Shown here piece after piece: positions 22,683-34,768 of a stretch of DNA of 64,000 nt (its first letter is position 1; the number at the start of each line of letters is the position of its first letter). The stretch is from Fimicolochytrium jonesii (lineage: Eukaryota): the NCBI RefSeq assembly GCF_025526975.1, contig NW_026515684.1, positions 1 to 64,000 on the forward strand. Reading direction: 5' to 3'. The notes below the pieces were generated by a model, which saw only the letters and a list, made by a program, of their open reading frames with translations, made no database searches and had not been told where the DNA came from. Both the position numbers and the translations under genes were made by a program.

Positions 22683-24765
22683 CTGTTAAAATACGCAAAA
22701 GTTTGTAGTATTTTGAGTTTGAGGTTTAACGGGGAGAGAGAAAGGATTGACATGACGCCGCAGGGTTTGCAGTTTTCAACACCGGGCGTTAACGCGTCGG
22801 ACTCTAGGGAAGGGGTGCAACGCGTGTGCACACAGACACGATGGAAAGACCCTCGCAAAACCCCCACCGAGCAATACCCCCTTCCCCGGCTGACCACCTC
22901 TGCGTATGCAGGACGTGTACAGGATGCCATGGGCTCCAGCGGAGTATTCTATGCCTCGAAGCGACCCAGATCAGACGACAAGAGTCTTTTTGTATGTAAG
23001 CCCACTTACCAGGTCAAAGTCCAAGGCGATGGGCGGAATACCCGTCTTGACCGGTGAGTGTTGTGCCATGATGAATAAGTGAGAGCAGAGCGTATGAAGG
23101 GGGTCGCTTTGTCACTGATGAAGACCGGTCGGGAATGGAAGACCCTTAGGCTCGTCCTTGAATGGTGATCTTATGGCTGTGCCGAGGAGGTGACGAACGC
23201 GCGGACGGGTCTATCCAGGTCTCACTGGGCACTGGGCTGTCGTCCAAAGAGTAGCGAAGTAGAGCTGGTGTTGAGGGCGTAGTGTTCCTTTTCTATTCCA
23301 ACGGAACACACTGCAATGGTGAGAGGGTTGGTGAGAAGTAACCCGTCTGCGCGTTGTGAGCAGGGACCGCGTTGATGAGAGATTGGAAATTTGTGGTACA
23401 TATACTGTACAAAGCGTTGCGTTCCGCCGGAAAGACCTTGGTTCTTGCGCTCTTCTGTGAGGGTCCAAACTACTCTCTCGATGACGACGGGCTTTCTCCC
23501 CTTCCGTTGTCAAATCGTCCCCAATTCTTTCGGCCACTGCGAAGGCGAGACAGGCGAGTCTTGTTTTCTCGCAAGCGCACGTGAATGGAAGGAAGGAGTT
23601 GGACGCCGTCGGAGGTTGGCAACAAGAGTGAGAAAGTCTGCTTAGCAGATTCCAGTTCTTTCATGGTATAGGGACAATGGTAATGGGAAGAAGCCAAGCT
23701 CGCTATGGGGCGTCGATCCCATCGCAGGGGTATTCAAGGAGAACGTGGATAGATACTCCCCGTCAGTATGCATGTGGTGACTGTGCGAGGGGTTCTAAAT
23801 GAAAAGAACCCAGATCCCTCAGTCACTGTCGTTTGTCCCAATTGTCAGTGTTAAATTATCTGTGAGGCTTATCATCATCAGCGGCCCTGGTTTCCCGTGA
23901 CGGGGATACGCCGGAAAGAGTGTCTTTCTTAGGACGGGTGCTCCAAGCTCTAAGCACAAGAGGGGCCCTGTGATGTGCTCAGTGCGCCGTTGGCCCTTGG
24001 GCGAGTGAAATATCGTATAAATACCATGGTCTTGGAGTCTATCCTCGGCGCATCATTTATCGCTGCCCATGTGTGCATATTTGGTACATACTGTATGTAG
24101 ATACGTGGGAGGTTGGGATTCTGGTCCCAAAATCCGTAAATATTATGTGCCAGGCTACGTACTGTACTCGACCAAGTGTTGCTCTTGGCTGCTTGTGAAG
24201 TTGCGAGACACATGGCCCAACTGGAGAACACCGACGGAGATTGCTCGGTGCACAGCCACCCGCAAAGCAGCTGCGATCGGTCACCTATCACCCTTGTGTT
24301 TCAAATAGGCCGATCCGAAGATCGTGGCCATGCTCTCATGAGAGCGCTTTCAACACAGGGACGAAGGGAGAACTCACCAACTCTCAACAGTGCACATTGG
24401 AACCACCTCACACTCCTCCCCTAACACCACGCAGGCAAGGAAAAAAGAGCAGCGCCCCACCGAACAGAACCACCGGATCCGCCCTCCCTGTATCTCTTAC
24501 AGAACTCCCACCAACCCGAGACCTTCACCCGCTCCAGCAGTGCGTTGGTCGCAAAAGTTGCCAGCAGGATCTGTCTACTCACTGGGCGCACTACGTTAGT
24601 CTACTGTGACCACTACGCTCTCACCTCTTCACGAGAGCCTAACCACCTTTGCCTCTATCTCTGTTTAGCTACCTTATCATTCACAAACGAGTCGCTCGCC
24701 ATTGAGGGAGAAGAGTCGAGTAACGAAACCACCCCAACAACTTCCACCACGCCGGCCCCTCTCAC

Positions 24766-25392
24766 ATGTACACAGAAGTTCAGACGGCTGTAACGTTTTT
24801 GGCGAAACTTTTCCACAGCAAGTCCTCCTCTGCGGCCGTCACCCCAGAAAAGCTCGCTGCATTCCAGCAAGCTCTGGTGGAACGGATGCTGGAGCATTAC
24901 AAAGGTCACTGGGATCCTCAAAGACCTTGTAGAGGAAACGCTTTTCGCGCGCTGTGCATTCTGAACGGATGCGTAGAACCTGTGATCTCGGATGCTGTTC
25001 GAGTGGCCGGTTTGAAGCTCGCAGGTATGTTTTACGGATCAAGAATTGGGCTTTGGTGGACAACTGACCACTGACGCTTTGTCCGACTCTCTGCAGATCT
25101 CTCTTTCCCACCAGAGCTGGTATTATGGGTGGACCCACACTGTGTGTCGTATCGCATAGGGGACTTCGGTCAAGTCGTGACCGTGTGGGAAAACCGTGCC
25201 GTTCTCGATTCGGAGGCTGTGGAAATACCCCATTTCTTCAAAGCCAATCATCGAACACGATCCCCTTCGTTCAGTCGAGCGCAATCGCAGACGCCACCAC
25301 CAGCGCAATCCCAACAGCAGCAGCAATCACAAAGCCCGCCGCCGCCGATGTCGCAGCATTATCAATATCAGAAAGCCGTGATGGCCAACTGA
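24766..25392 (+). CDS. BTG/Tob (APRO) family protein
   Basis: Exons 24766-25024 and 25097-25392 give MYTEVQTAVTFL, box A HYKGHWDPQRPCRGNAFRAL and box B FPPELVLWVDPHCVSYRIGD, then a Q/P-rich tail. Confidence 0.9.
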
Positions 25393-26891
25393 GGCTGATA
25401 TAGCACAACGGCCCTGTCACATATGTTTTTGATCGTTTTTGTGTTTGTAAATACCTGTTGTTTCAATATCACTTGATATGTCGAATTCGAGGTAACCGCC
25501 AAGTCCGAAGGGTGATTGTGAAGGGGGCCACTGTTCCCGTGCAGGAATGGCATGCCTCTTGGATGCAAAGCCCGGGATGGCATCGGTCCTCCAATCCCAT
25601 CCGTAATGAGGTGTCTCCCAACGGATGTAGTTAGCCTGCGCGGCCTTCTCCGAGGTAGGATGTTGCAAAGAGGAGGACTTTTCCCTTCACCATGAATTTG
25701 AAGGGAGTCTTAGCCGAGTCTCAATGGGTCTGAGCTCGGTCAGTTCCATCGTGACGTAAGTACCAAACGCGTTTTCCAGCTTTTTGAACGCGAGATTCCG
25801 CCTTTGCAAGTTTGAATAGCCGAGCCGCCTCGAAGTTCATATATTGCAGGTGGCATCCTCCCGAATCGCGCCAAGGCCTGCGTCGGCGGACGGGCGGGTC
25901 AAACGCATCTTTTCCCCGGTGAAATCGGTTGAAATTGGCGCATATTTGAATTTGGCGAGAGATTATCTTGGACTGCGAGTTTCCACCGATATCGGGCGGC
26001 ATCCACAGTCGGAGCTAGTACCTATGCGTCTCCGTTTGCTTTCGCCCCTACGGGGTGGGGGTACTGTACCTCAGAGATTGCCATCACATAGAGAATTGCA
26101 GGTGGTCCTCGGGAAGTTCGCTCGGTCGTCTTCGTCGATGATGGAGTATATGCGAGGTCCAGACTCCCGATCCAGGATGATCCTGGTTTGGGCGGCAAAG
26201 TCCTGTGCGTCGGTGCCAAGGCAAGCGACTTGGCGAAGTCTGGCGGGCGCCAGGCGGCGAGTGCCCGTCCCCTCTCCCTCTCTCGAACAAGAGAAAAAAC
26301 GGCGACTGCGAAGCCGACGAAAGAGAGAGAGAGAGAGCGAGAGAAAAGCGAGTTGCGACCTTGGCGAGAAACCCCGCAAATTGCTGGTACCAATTCCTCG
26401 GCTCAAGGATGGCGATGCGATATGGGTTGCTGTATTGTGCAGGAGCCGACGAGCGACGCATAAGAGTGAAGGAGCGGATCCGTCGCTCCCTTTTGGGGAA
26501 ACGACGGCAGGCTGAGACTCTGAGGGAGCGCCTGTCATCAGACAGTGGAACCAACAAAGGTGTGGAACGCTAGCAGTTAGCGCAGGTGGTCAGTGCCTGC
26601 ATTTGAGAGACGAAAAATTGTACGTGGGTTATTACTTAGCTGTGAAAAACCGTGTTGAAGGCGTTAAACAACAAGTCACCAGGTATCACATTGAAAGCGA
26701 TCTATTTCTGTGCGTGTGAGGTCAGGAACCCTACTTGTACGTATTACCGGTGTCAATTTTGTCATAAGTGGGGTCGCTCCGAAAGTGTGACCCAGCCATC
26801 ATCGTCCACAAGAGGATCTTGCGAAACGGAGCAGAACAGCACCGCAAGCATTCGCTGTCACTCATTTATTGGAGACGTACTCTGACCTTCC

Positions 26892-28505
26892 ATGGCTACG
26901 TCCGCGCCTCCCCCGTTCTCTCCCGCCACTGCAGCTGCCATCGCCTCCGAGACGCAGCCTTACTTCCCAAGAACACTCGTCGAAAGCCCAACCCCACTTT
27001 CCGCAAACTCCAGCGCCAGTGGACGCTCGCCTTCGTCTTCGGCCCGCGGATCCGAGCCTTATCTTGGTACGCCAAGGAGCAAACTATCGCAGGAGTCACT
27101 CACTGGAGCAGAAAGTGGGACAAAAACATCGTCCCGGCGACGAGATATGACAGACAGCGCAGAATCAGAGACGCGGAAGACCAGGGCCGAGGGGAAGTCG
27201 GAAACAGTCTCGAGCGCATTTGGGGATGATGAGGTGCAAGGGCAAAAGACCAGCGGGTTCAAGATTGGGTTTGCGGAGGATAAGAATAAGAAGCACAGGC
27301 GGACCATGGAGGTATGGGATGTCACCGGCATGGACATGACGGCAATGGATCAGTGAAAGCGGGCTTAAAGCAGCTTTCGTTTTGCAGGACGCACATTCCT
27401 ATTTTTACAATTTTGGGAAAAGAAGTGGAGCGGGATGGTTTGCGATTTACGACGGGCACGCTGGAAGATCAGCAGCGGACTATTGCGGCGCTCATCTCCA
27501 TGAGGTTGGTGTGGGGGGAGAAGTTCTTAGGTCCGTCAAGTCGACGCCGAAGTCTGATCATCAATCATTCTCGAACAGAACTTCGAAACGCTGTATCAAA
27601 AGGCTGAACCGTCATCGATACCGAGTCTCCTCAACGAGACGTTTATGATGACGGACACACAGATTGCTGAGAGAAAGGCGTCCTATTCTGGTTGCACGGC
27701 AGTGGTTGGGTACATACAAACCGAGGAGCGACCACCAGCGAGCAGTGATGGAGAAGCCAACTGCGGGAAGCGGGTATGCTGAACTGGAGATATCTATTCC
27801 GAGACGCGACCGACCAGGCGTCTAACCGTCCACTCGCGTCTGCAGAGAGTACTATATACCGCCAATGTTGGAGATGCACGAGCCGTACTTTCGTAAGCGT
27901 TCCTCTCACTTTTTGTCTTGCTGGAGGATTTGATGACTAACAAAGTATTACCTTTCCAGACGGGGCGGAAAAGCAATAAGATTATCATACGACCACAAAG
28001 GTTCCGATCCGGCGGAAGCCAAACGAATAGTGGAGACGGGAGGATTTGTCATGAACAACCGGGTAAACGGTGAGCACATGAAAGTTGCACTGCTGTGAAT
28101 ACCTTTCAAAAGGATCAGGACGCTCAAGCTAAGATATCCTGCAAAAATAGGCGTCCTGGCTGTCACCCGTTCACTAGGCGACACATCGATGAAAGAGTGG
28201 GTGATCGGCAGCCCGTACACGACAGAGACGGTCCTTGGTCTCGAAGACTCGTTCCTGATCTTCGCATGTGATGGGGTAAGCTGTAAATCCATTTTCGCAG
28301 TGTTGGTCTCGTCCTTTTCCCGAGTACTAATGATATGCATCAGGTATGGGATGTATGCTCCGACCAAGCGGCCGTCGACCTGATACGAGATACGAGTGAT
28401 CCACAACAAGCAGCAGAAGATCTTCTGGATCACGCACTCGAGAATTTCTCGACGGATAATCTGAGCGTGATGGTCGTGCGGCTTGAGCAGCCTTATGTTC
28501 CGTAG
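26892..28505 (+). CDS. PTC1: Protein phosphatase 2C, Ptc1-like
   Basis: Multi-exon; motifs [67 protein letters not shown] and TDNLSVMVV. Confidence 0.9.
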
Positions 28506-28772
28506 ACGCTGGGGGGCATCCTGGCCCTCCCTGATTCTTCAATCTGCATCACGATAGCGAATACCGACGCACTCCTGATTCCTAAGCCTTTGGGGGCACA
28601 ATCGAGTAGCGAAGCCTTGAGTGAATCTGCATGAGTTTGGGCGATGGAACATCCCTCCCGAACGGCAATGCTCGGCAAAAGTGTCGTAAATATGGCTTCA
28701 GGGGCGTAGTTTGCCTACTTAAAAACTGTTCCACGCTTCCCATGAGTATCATCTCTTCGTGTGCAAATGATT

Positions 28773-29959
28773 TCAGACGTCCTTGATCACGAAATTCCCG
28801 ACAATGTACGCCACATAGCCTACTAACAGAAGTCCACCAACCCACTTCCGCAGATAGCCCGTATATATCACTACGATAAACGCCGCCGAGCTGCCCATCA
28901 ACACACTCAAATCGTACATCCTAGTCTTATCCGACAGTCGCACATCTCCCGTACATAACACAATCCCCAGTACGAGCGTCAGCAACATGATATTTGCACC
29001 GACTGTGTTGGCGAGTAAGATTCCTGATTGTCCTCGTCGAGCTGCCATGACCGCCACCAGCTTCTCAGGGAGTGTCGTTGCAAATGAGAGCAGAGTTAAC
29101 CCGACCACCGTGTCCGTCAGTCCGGCGGCTTCTGCGAATGCGGTTGACGACCCGGCCAACAAATAACCGGAAACGGATAAGGCGATGAAGCTTACGCCGA
29201 CCGTTGCAACGTGGTATGCAGTGCTTTTCGGCCGGCGCAAGCCGATCCCGGGAATGATGCCATTTACAAGCGGCGTGCTACTCGTCTCGACTCTGCTGAC
29301 GCCGTTGGGTCCTGGATTCCAAAATGCCATCATAAGTTAAGAAGCCGCAAAACGAGCAGCAATGATCCACACTAACCACTATTTAATCCCTCCTCGTCGT
29401 CACTACTACTACTAAGCCCGCTGTCGCTCTCGCTGTCCGAGTCGCTATCTACCGGTGGTTCCATGACTCCGCGGTAGATAGCATAGCCGACCACTGCTAC
29501 GTATGCGGCAAAGACCAGCATCAGCCCGGCTCCCAGCGGTTTCGACAGATGGTTCGTCCATGCCAATGCCCCGACAACGAGGGTCACGACTCCCAAGAGT
29601 GCAGTATACAGTCTCGCCGATCTATCGACTTCCAACACGCGGTCACCAGGAAATAACAATCCTAGCGAGAAGCTTCCTATAACGTTGGCAATACACGATC
29701 CAACGATGTTGCCCAGCCCCAAGTCCCGGTGCCCCTGCGCCAGCGCGACAGTAACCACAGCAAGCTCCTCCCATTCTGCGCCGGCGGTCAGTAGCGCAAT
29801 AGTCGTCTGCGAGACGCCGAATCGTTTTGCCACTATCGCGAGCGAGTCGACTAGTTTATCAGCCCCTTTTTCGAGCAGAACGATCCCGGCGACGAATAGC
29901 GCGGCGTAAAGCGCGAGCTGCCCTCCGATCGAGGGGATGTGATCTATGAAAGGCAGCAT
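28773..29959 (-). CDS. Sodium/calcium exchanger (CaCA family) membrane protein
   Basis: Two alpha-repeats (AGAEWEEL..LGNIVGSCIAN and SFATTLPEK..LANTVGANI), an acidic loop, and an intron at 29376-29312. Confidence 0.9.
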
Positions 29960-30379
29960 GGGGCGTGAGAGTCTACTCCGTATCAGCAGTGTCACCTCGA
30001 GTGTAGATGCCGTAGGATTGGCGATCCGAATTCAAAGGTGGCTGTAAAATGCTCCAGGGAAACAGACAGGAAACAGATGGGAAAACGAGGTGAGAAGCAG
30101 GTGAGAAGCAGACACCCCGGAAGACGCGCTCTCCCCAGCCAGCTCCCCAGCGCTCTCCCCGGAGCTTCGAATCTCTTCATTAGTCTCCCCCATTTCACAA
30201 GTCCTCAAGGTGCAGAAATGGCAGCAGAGTTCTGCAGACTTGCCCAACCAAGCCAATAGTAGCCTTAGCTGCCTCTAGAAAATCGAGCTGATATTATCAA
30301 ACACCCAGATGGGGGTGCCGAAACCTCGCAGTGAGACTCTGATCTTGGTTGTTCCCGCAAGGCGCCGACTGCTGCCAAC

Positions 30380-33022
30380 ATGACGAACATACCACCTCGG
30401 TTCAGGTCTCAGGAACTCTCCACTCTCTGGAGGTGAGAGCCTTGCTGTATTGATTTGAGGCAGCTGGATATTCATTTGTCCTCCCGCAATAGCGAAGCCG
30501 CTCTGCTCGAAGCAAGTCTCAAAAACTCGGAGCGACGCAAACGTCAGAAGTTACACCCACCTCAAGAAACTGGGCCGCTTGACGCCGAGGGGCGAACATT
30601 GAGACTGTCCCTGCTGCAGATATATGAAGATCTGATCATCCTTGATCCAATACTGGCCTGGTCAAAGGGGGTCGACGATAAGATTTGGAATCTGGTTTTC
30701 CACTCCGCTATCCACCAGCTGAGGTCCGCGGTAAGGAAGGTGGGAATATGCGGATTGTTATTCTGCCTGGCGGGGCCACTTAGCTGACATCTGGTGCCAC
30801 ACACACAGGCAAATGGAGACCTTACCTCTCAGGCGGCCATTTCTCGCGAACTACAGCTTTATATCAAAAGCGGCATCAGCTTCTACCAGGTTTTGATTCT
30901 ATGGCTGAAAAGCGCATTGAAGAAAGATCCTGTCGAAATGGCGATTTCCAGGTATACCAACTCCGCCGAAGAAGAGAGACTAGAACCGGAGGACACGCTG
31001 TTTACATCCCTCTGCGGCTTGATACACAAGTGCCTTGTCTCGCTGGGCGATCTTTCGCGATACCTCGAAATGCACAGCTCGACGCCCGACAAGAACTGGA
31101 AAGCTGCCAATGGATACTATACGACTGCGATCAAAGTCAATCCGGATGTTGGGAAGCCGTACGCACAGCTCGCAATCTCCGCTACCTACGAGAACAAGAA
31201 TATGGCAGCTGTCTACTGGTACTGCTTGAGCCTCGTCAACAAGCAGCGGCATAGCGTCACAAGGGAAAATTTGACGGTTTTCTACAAGTCATTCATGTCT
31301 CTTGGTGGCCCTTCCAAAGTTGATGTCAGTCCGACAGGCACATTAACGGCAAATTTCCTGAATCTACATCGCTTGATCTTTTGTCACGACGATGTCCCCA
31401 TCGAGGAACTTTTTCATCTTTACGGGAAGATTTCGTTGGATATAAACGATCCTGCATTGGCAACCAACGTTTACCTAGCGAGATGGTTGCAGATGGCGGT
31501 CCCGATTAGCATCGCCACATACGAGGATCTAAATCACAGATTTGTCGAGGAGGAGGATACCTCAGTCCGCCGTGCTTTGCGAAGCCGACAAGTATATGTC
31601 GCCGGAACAGGCTGCACTCTGATGAAGCTGTCATTGGACAACCTATCGACATATCTCTCAGACAAGGAGGACATGGCGGAGGCTTTTGCCGACGTCGACG
31701 ACGACCATATCTTCTCAAAGTTCCTGGCTCCAGCGGCGGTCACGAGCGTTTGGCTGCAAACACAACTGGAAGTGTTTACGCAGTTTGCGAGCTATGTGAA
31801 GACTATCGAGAACGGACGGACGGCTCTTGAAACGTCCCTTATGGATATGTTATATTCGCTAGCGACTTTTACGAACATGGTGTCGTCGTTCGCAGAAATG
31901 GACGGCTGCAGTGATGCTCTGCCGGAAGACGTTGAGCTGCTCGGATTACCGCCATTGCGGCCTTTCTACAGGAAATTGAATCCAAAGTCACTGGAAAGTG
32001 TCGTGGCTGGCGAAAACCTATGCCTTTCCGTCAGCGATACACAGATTGCTGCCGAGCAGAATGTGGATGACGTGCGGTTGACGGCACGGGTGGCGAGGAT
32101 AGCACAGTTCGCGAAAAAGCTCGCGGAAGATGACCGTGTGGATTTGTTCCGCTTCGATGAGGCTGAAGGCATGTTTTTCGTGGCGGATCAGCAATCCAAG
32201 GTGTGTCGATGAACATATCAGATTCCAGAGAAGAAGATTGTCCATGCAGCTTCTGATACCATTTCCCCTTGCCAGAAACGAGGCATGCACAAGCTCATGC
32301 AAGCATTGGCAACGGAACGACTGAAACATCAAGTGACGACGTTGGAAGAGAATCTGAACGAGATGAAGCAGACCTCGCTACCGGTGGTCATTTTTGACAC
32401 GGGAGTTTACGTTCAGCTCACCAACGCTGTCAAGCGCTGGGTTACCGGTGGAAAATGTGTCGTAGTCGTTCCTCGAAGCGGTAAGAAGCGTTTCGCAGAG
32501 TCCCTTCTACGCTGTCTGGTTACTTGGCTAAAACAACATCCTTCAGTCATCGACAATCTGGACTATTTGAAGAAAGGCGCGGATAAGGAGAACGCTAGGG
32601 CCCGAGAGGCGATTAGATTTCTGGAGCAGCGTTTCAGATACCGATCGCCGTTTCTACGATCTCAGCAAGAACACGAGCAAATTGTCCCCTGGAACGTCAA
32701 AACGGGATACATCGAAACCCGTGCGAAGCGGGGCATGGTCGTCGACCAGGACGCGCCGAAGGGCGTATTCATTCCCAAAACAGCTCGCGGGCTAATGGCT
32801 TGCTTGCACTGGTATCATAGCAATGTGGCTCTGCCGGACACCTCCGCGCAACACGAGAACGAGGCGGATTCAGATCTCAGCTTTGTATTTGTTACGGAAG
32901 ATCCCGAGATGGCTCGACTTTCCCAGGCTTTGGGGATTCGGACAAAGTCTTTGACCGATTGGGAGCAAACCATGATGAATCGCAATATTCGACGAAGGCA
33001 AGGGGCCTTTACTCGCCTATGA
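30380..33022 (+). CDS. SMG5: SMG5-like nonsense-mediated decay factor (EST1/14-3-3-like domain + degenerate PIN domain)
   Basis: EST1-type HKCLVSLGDLSRY..YY..A....PDVGKPYAQLA; LPEDVELLG; LMQALATERLKHQVTTLE helix; PIN-like VIFDT...VVVPRSVIDNLDYLKK...AREAIRFLE. First exon inferred at 30380-30432. Confidence 0.75.
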
Positions 33023-33165
33023 TACTAGTCGTATAGTCTCAAAATCATATCTTCACAAAATGAGCGTGCGCATACTTGTACATCCATGCTGAGATCCATG
33101 AGTAACGAATGATTCAGAAGACAACGCCAAATAATTACATGCCATATACGCTAATATGCTCCAGT

Positions 33166-34437
33166 CTACCGTGCCAACCTCGCCTCTCGCTTCGTGCGAA
33201 TGACGTACCACTTCTTTCTCCTGACCGTCTTCCAACCCTTGGTCTTCACACCCCATGGAGTTCTAGGTGGCTTTCCACCCTTACTCTTTCCACCACCTCC
33301 GTGAGGATGGGACACTGGGTTCATGGCAATACCACGAACAGATGGTCTCCAACCCTTTCTCCTCCGCGCACCGGCTTTACCCCAGTTTCGATGTTGATGA
33401 GCCTCGTTGCCGACAGCCCCGATGGTCGCACAGGCTTCAACGGAAATCAGGCGAACCTCCTTACTGGAGAGCCTAACCTGCGCCATGCCTTCGTCCGCGG
33501 TGAAAAGCAGATGCCCAGATCCGCCAGCCGATCGACAAATGATACCCGGCCCGTCCGGCTTCAGTCCGATACAGTGAATCTCTGTACCGACGGGAATATC
33601 CTTCAGCTTTAGACAATTGCCTTTCCTAATCATCTGGTTCTTCGCCAATGGTTCCTCCCCATCCACCGGCGTAGGAATGCCCATACGCCAAGAATGAACG
33701 ATGTCTCCCGGGTTCACGTCAGCTGGCCGGATGATGTAGCTGAACTCGTTGGTCGAAAGGTTACGGAGCAAGGCCAACTCGCCAGTCCTGTTCGGATCGT
33801 ATTCGAGCCGCACAACTTCGTGGGGCCCAGGAGTGTTTCGGAGAAAGTCGACGGTACGAACACGCTTCTTGTGTCCTCCACCGCGATGGCGAACGGTGAT
33901 TTTGCCCGTGTTGTTCCTTCCACCGGTGGATCGTTTGCCGTACGAGAGGCGCTTGATGCAACTGCCCTTCCACAAGTGAAATCGAGTCGGGTGCCGCCTA
34001 TTGCGAGAACCGTTGGAGACGTTTTTGTACACCTTCATATTTCCCACCACCTTCCAAAACTTGTTTTCCATCACAGGGCGCTCGACTTTTGGTGGTTCGA
34101 GACCTTGCTTCTTGAGCCTTTCCACCCATTTGAAGTACCGCTTTTGTGGTTTGGTGATTGATTTGCGATATGTCCTGTGACGGACTTGGAGGAGTTGCTT
34201 AGGGGCGAATGGTTGCGTTTGGCTGTACTGCTGAGTGCGACTGAGAAGCCTCGTTACGGTTGAGGATGGCGAGGCGAAGTTCGGTTGTGAGTGGAAGTGG
34301 GAGCATGCCGAGCGTTGCGCAAGAGAAGGCAGGTGCTGGTGATAGAGACGAGGCCGGGAGAGTGGTCCAGCCAGACCTGGCGACAGTACTCTTGGGAGAG
34401 CTTTGCCTCCGGCTAGCAGCGAACAGCACGATGCCAT
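33166..34437 (-). CDS. RML2: Mitochondrial ribosomal protein uL2m
   Basis: GGRNNTGKITVRHRGGGHKKR, LEYDPNRTG, RPSVRGIAMNPVSHPHGGG and RTPWG; N-terminal presequence-like region from ATG 34437. Confidence 0.93.
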   Translation of the reverse strand: MASCCSLLAGGKALPRVLSPGLAGPLSRPRLYHQHLPSLAQRSACSHFHSQPNFASPSSTVTRLLSRTQQYSQTQPFAPKQLLQVRHRTYRKSITKPQKRYFKWVERLKKQGLEPPKVERPVMENKFWKVVGNMKVYKNVSNGSRNRRHPTRFHLWKGSCIKRLSYGKRSTGGRNNTGKITVRHRGGGHKKRVRTVDFLRNTPGPHEVVRLEYDPNRTGELALLRNLSTNEFSYIIRPADVNPGDIVHSWRMGIPTPVDGEEPLAKNQMIRKGNCLKLKDIPVGTEIHCIGLKPDGPGIICRSAGGSGHLLFTADEGMAQVRLSSKEVRLISVEACATIGAVGNEAHQHRNWGKAGARRRKGWRPSVRGIAMNPVSHPHGGGGKSKGGKPPRTPWGVKTKGWKTVRRKKWYVIRTKREARLAR

Positions 34438-34768
34438 CTGTACGGTGAGTTTGCCGCGACCGGCGGCTCTAGATCGTCGACGGTGTTCGTCGTCAGAATT
34501 GCGATGTTCTGGCCAAGGGAGGAAGTCTGGTGGTCTCATGAAAATGTCGCCGCGCAACGGAAGATCACGTGCGGTAGCGCAAGTAAACTCGCTATTAAAC
34601 TCTCTTTTACTTCTACTTCCAAGTTCCAAACGCAATATGTGACAGTTTGCCGTCAATCATTTGGTAAGGGCGTATTGACGTTATTACCGCCGCATCATTA
34701 GACTAATACACACAACAGCATTAGATGCCACATAAATACAGGTAGGTACATCTGAGAAATACGGAAGT

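Noticed and set aside
25700..26600. Overlapping ORFs on both strands around a (GA)n tract
   Set aside because: No motifs or consistent splice model; more likely regulatory or UTR sequence upstream of the PP2C gene.
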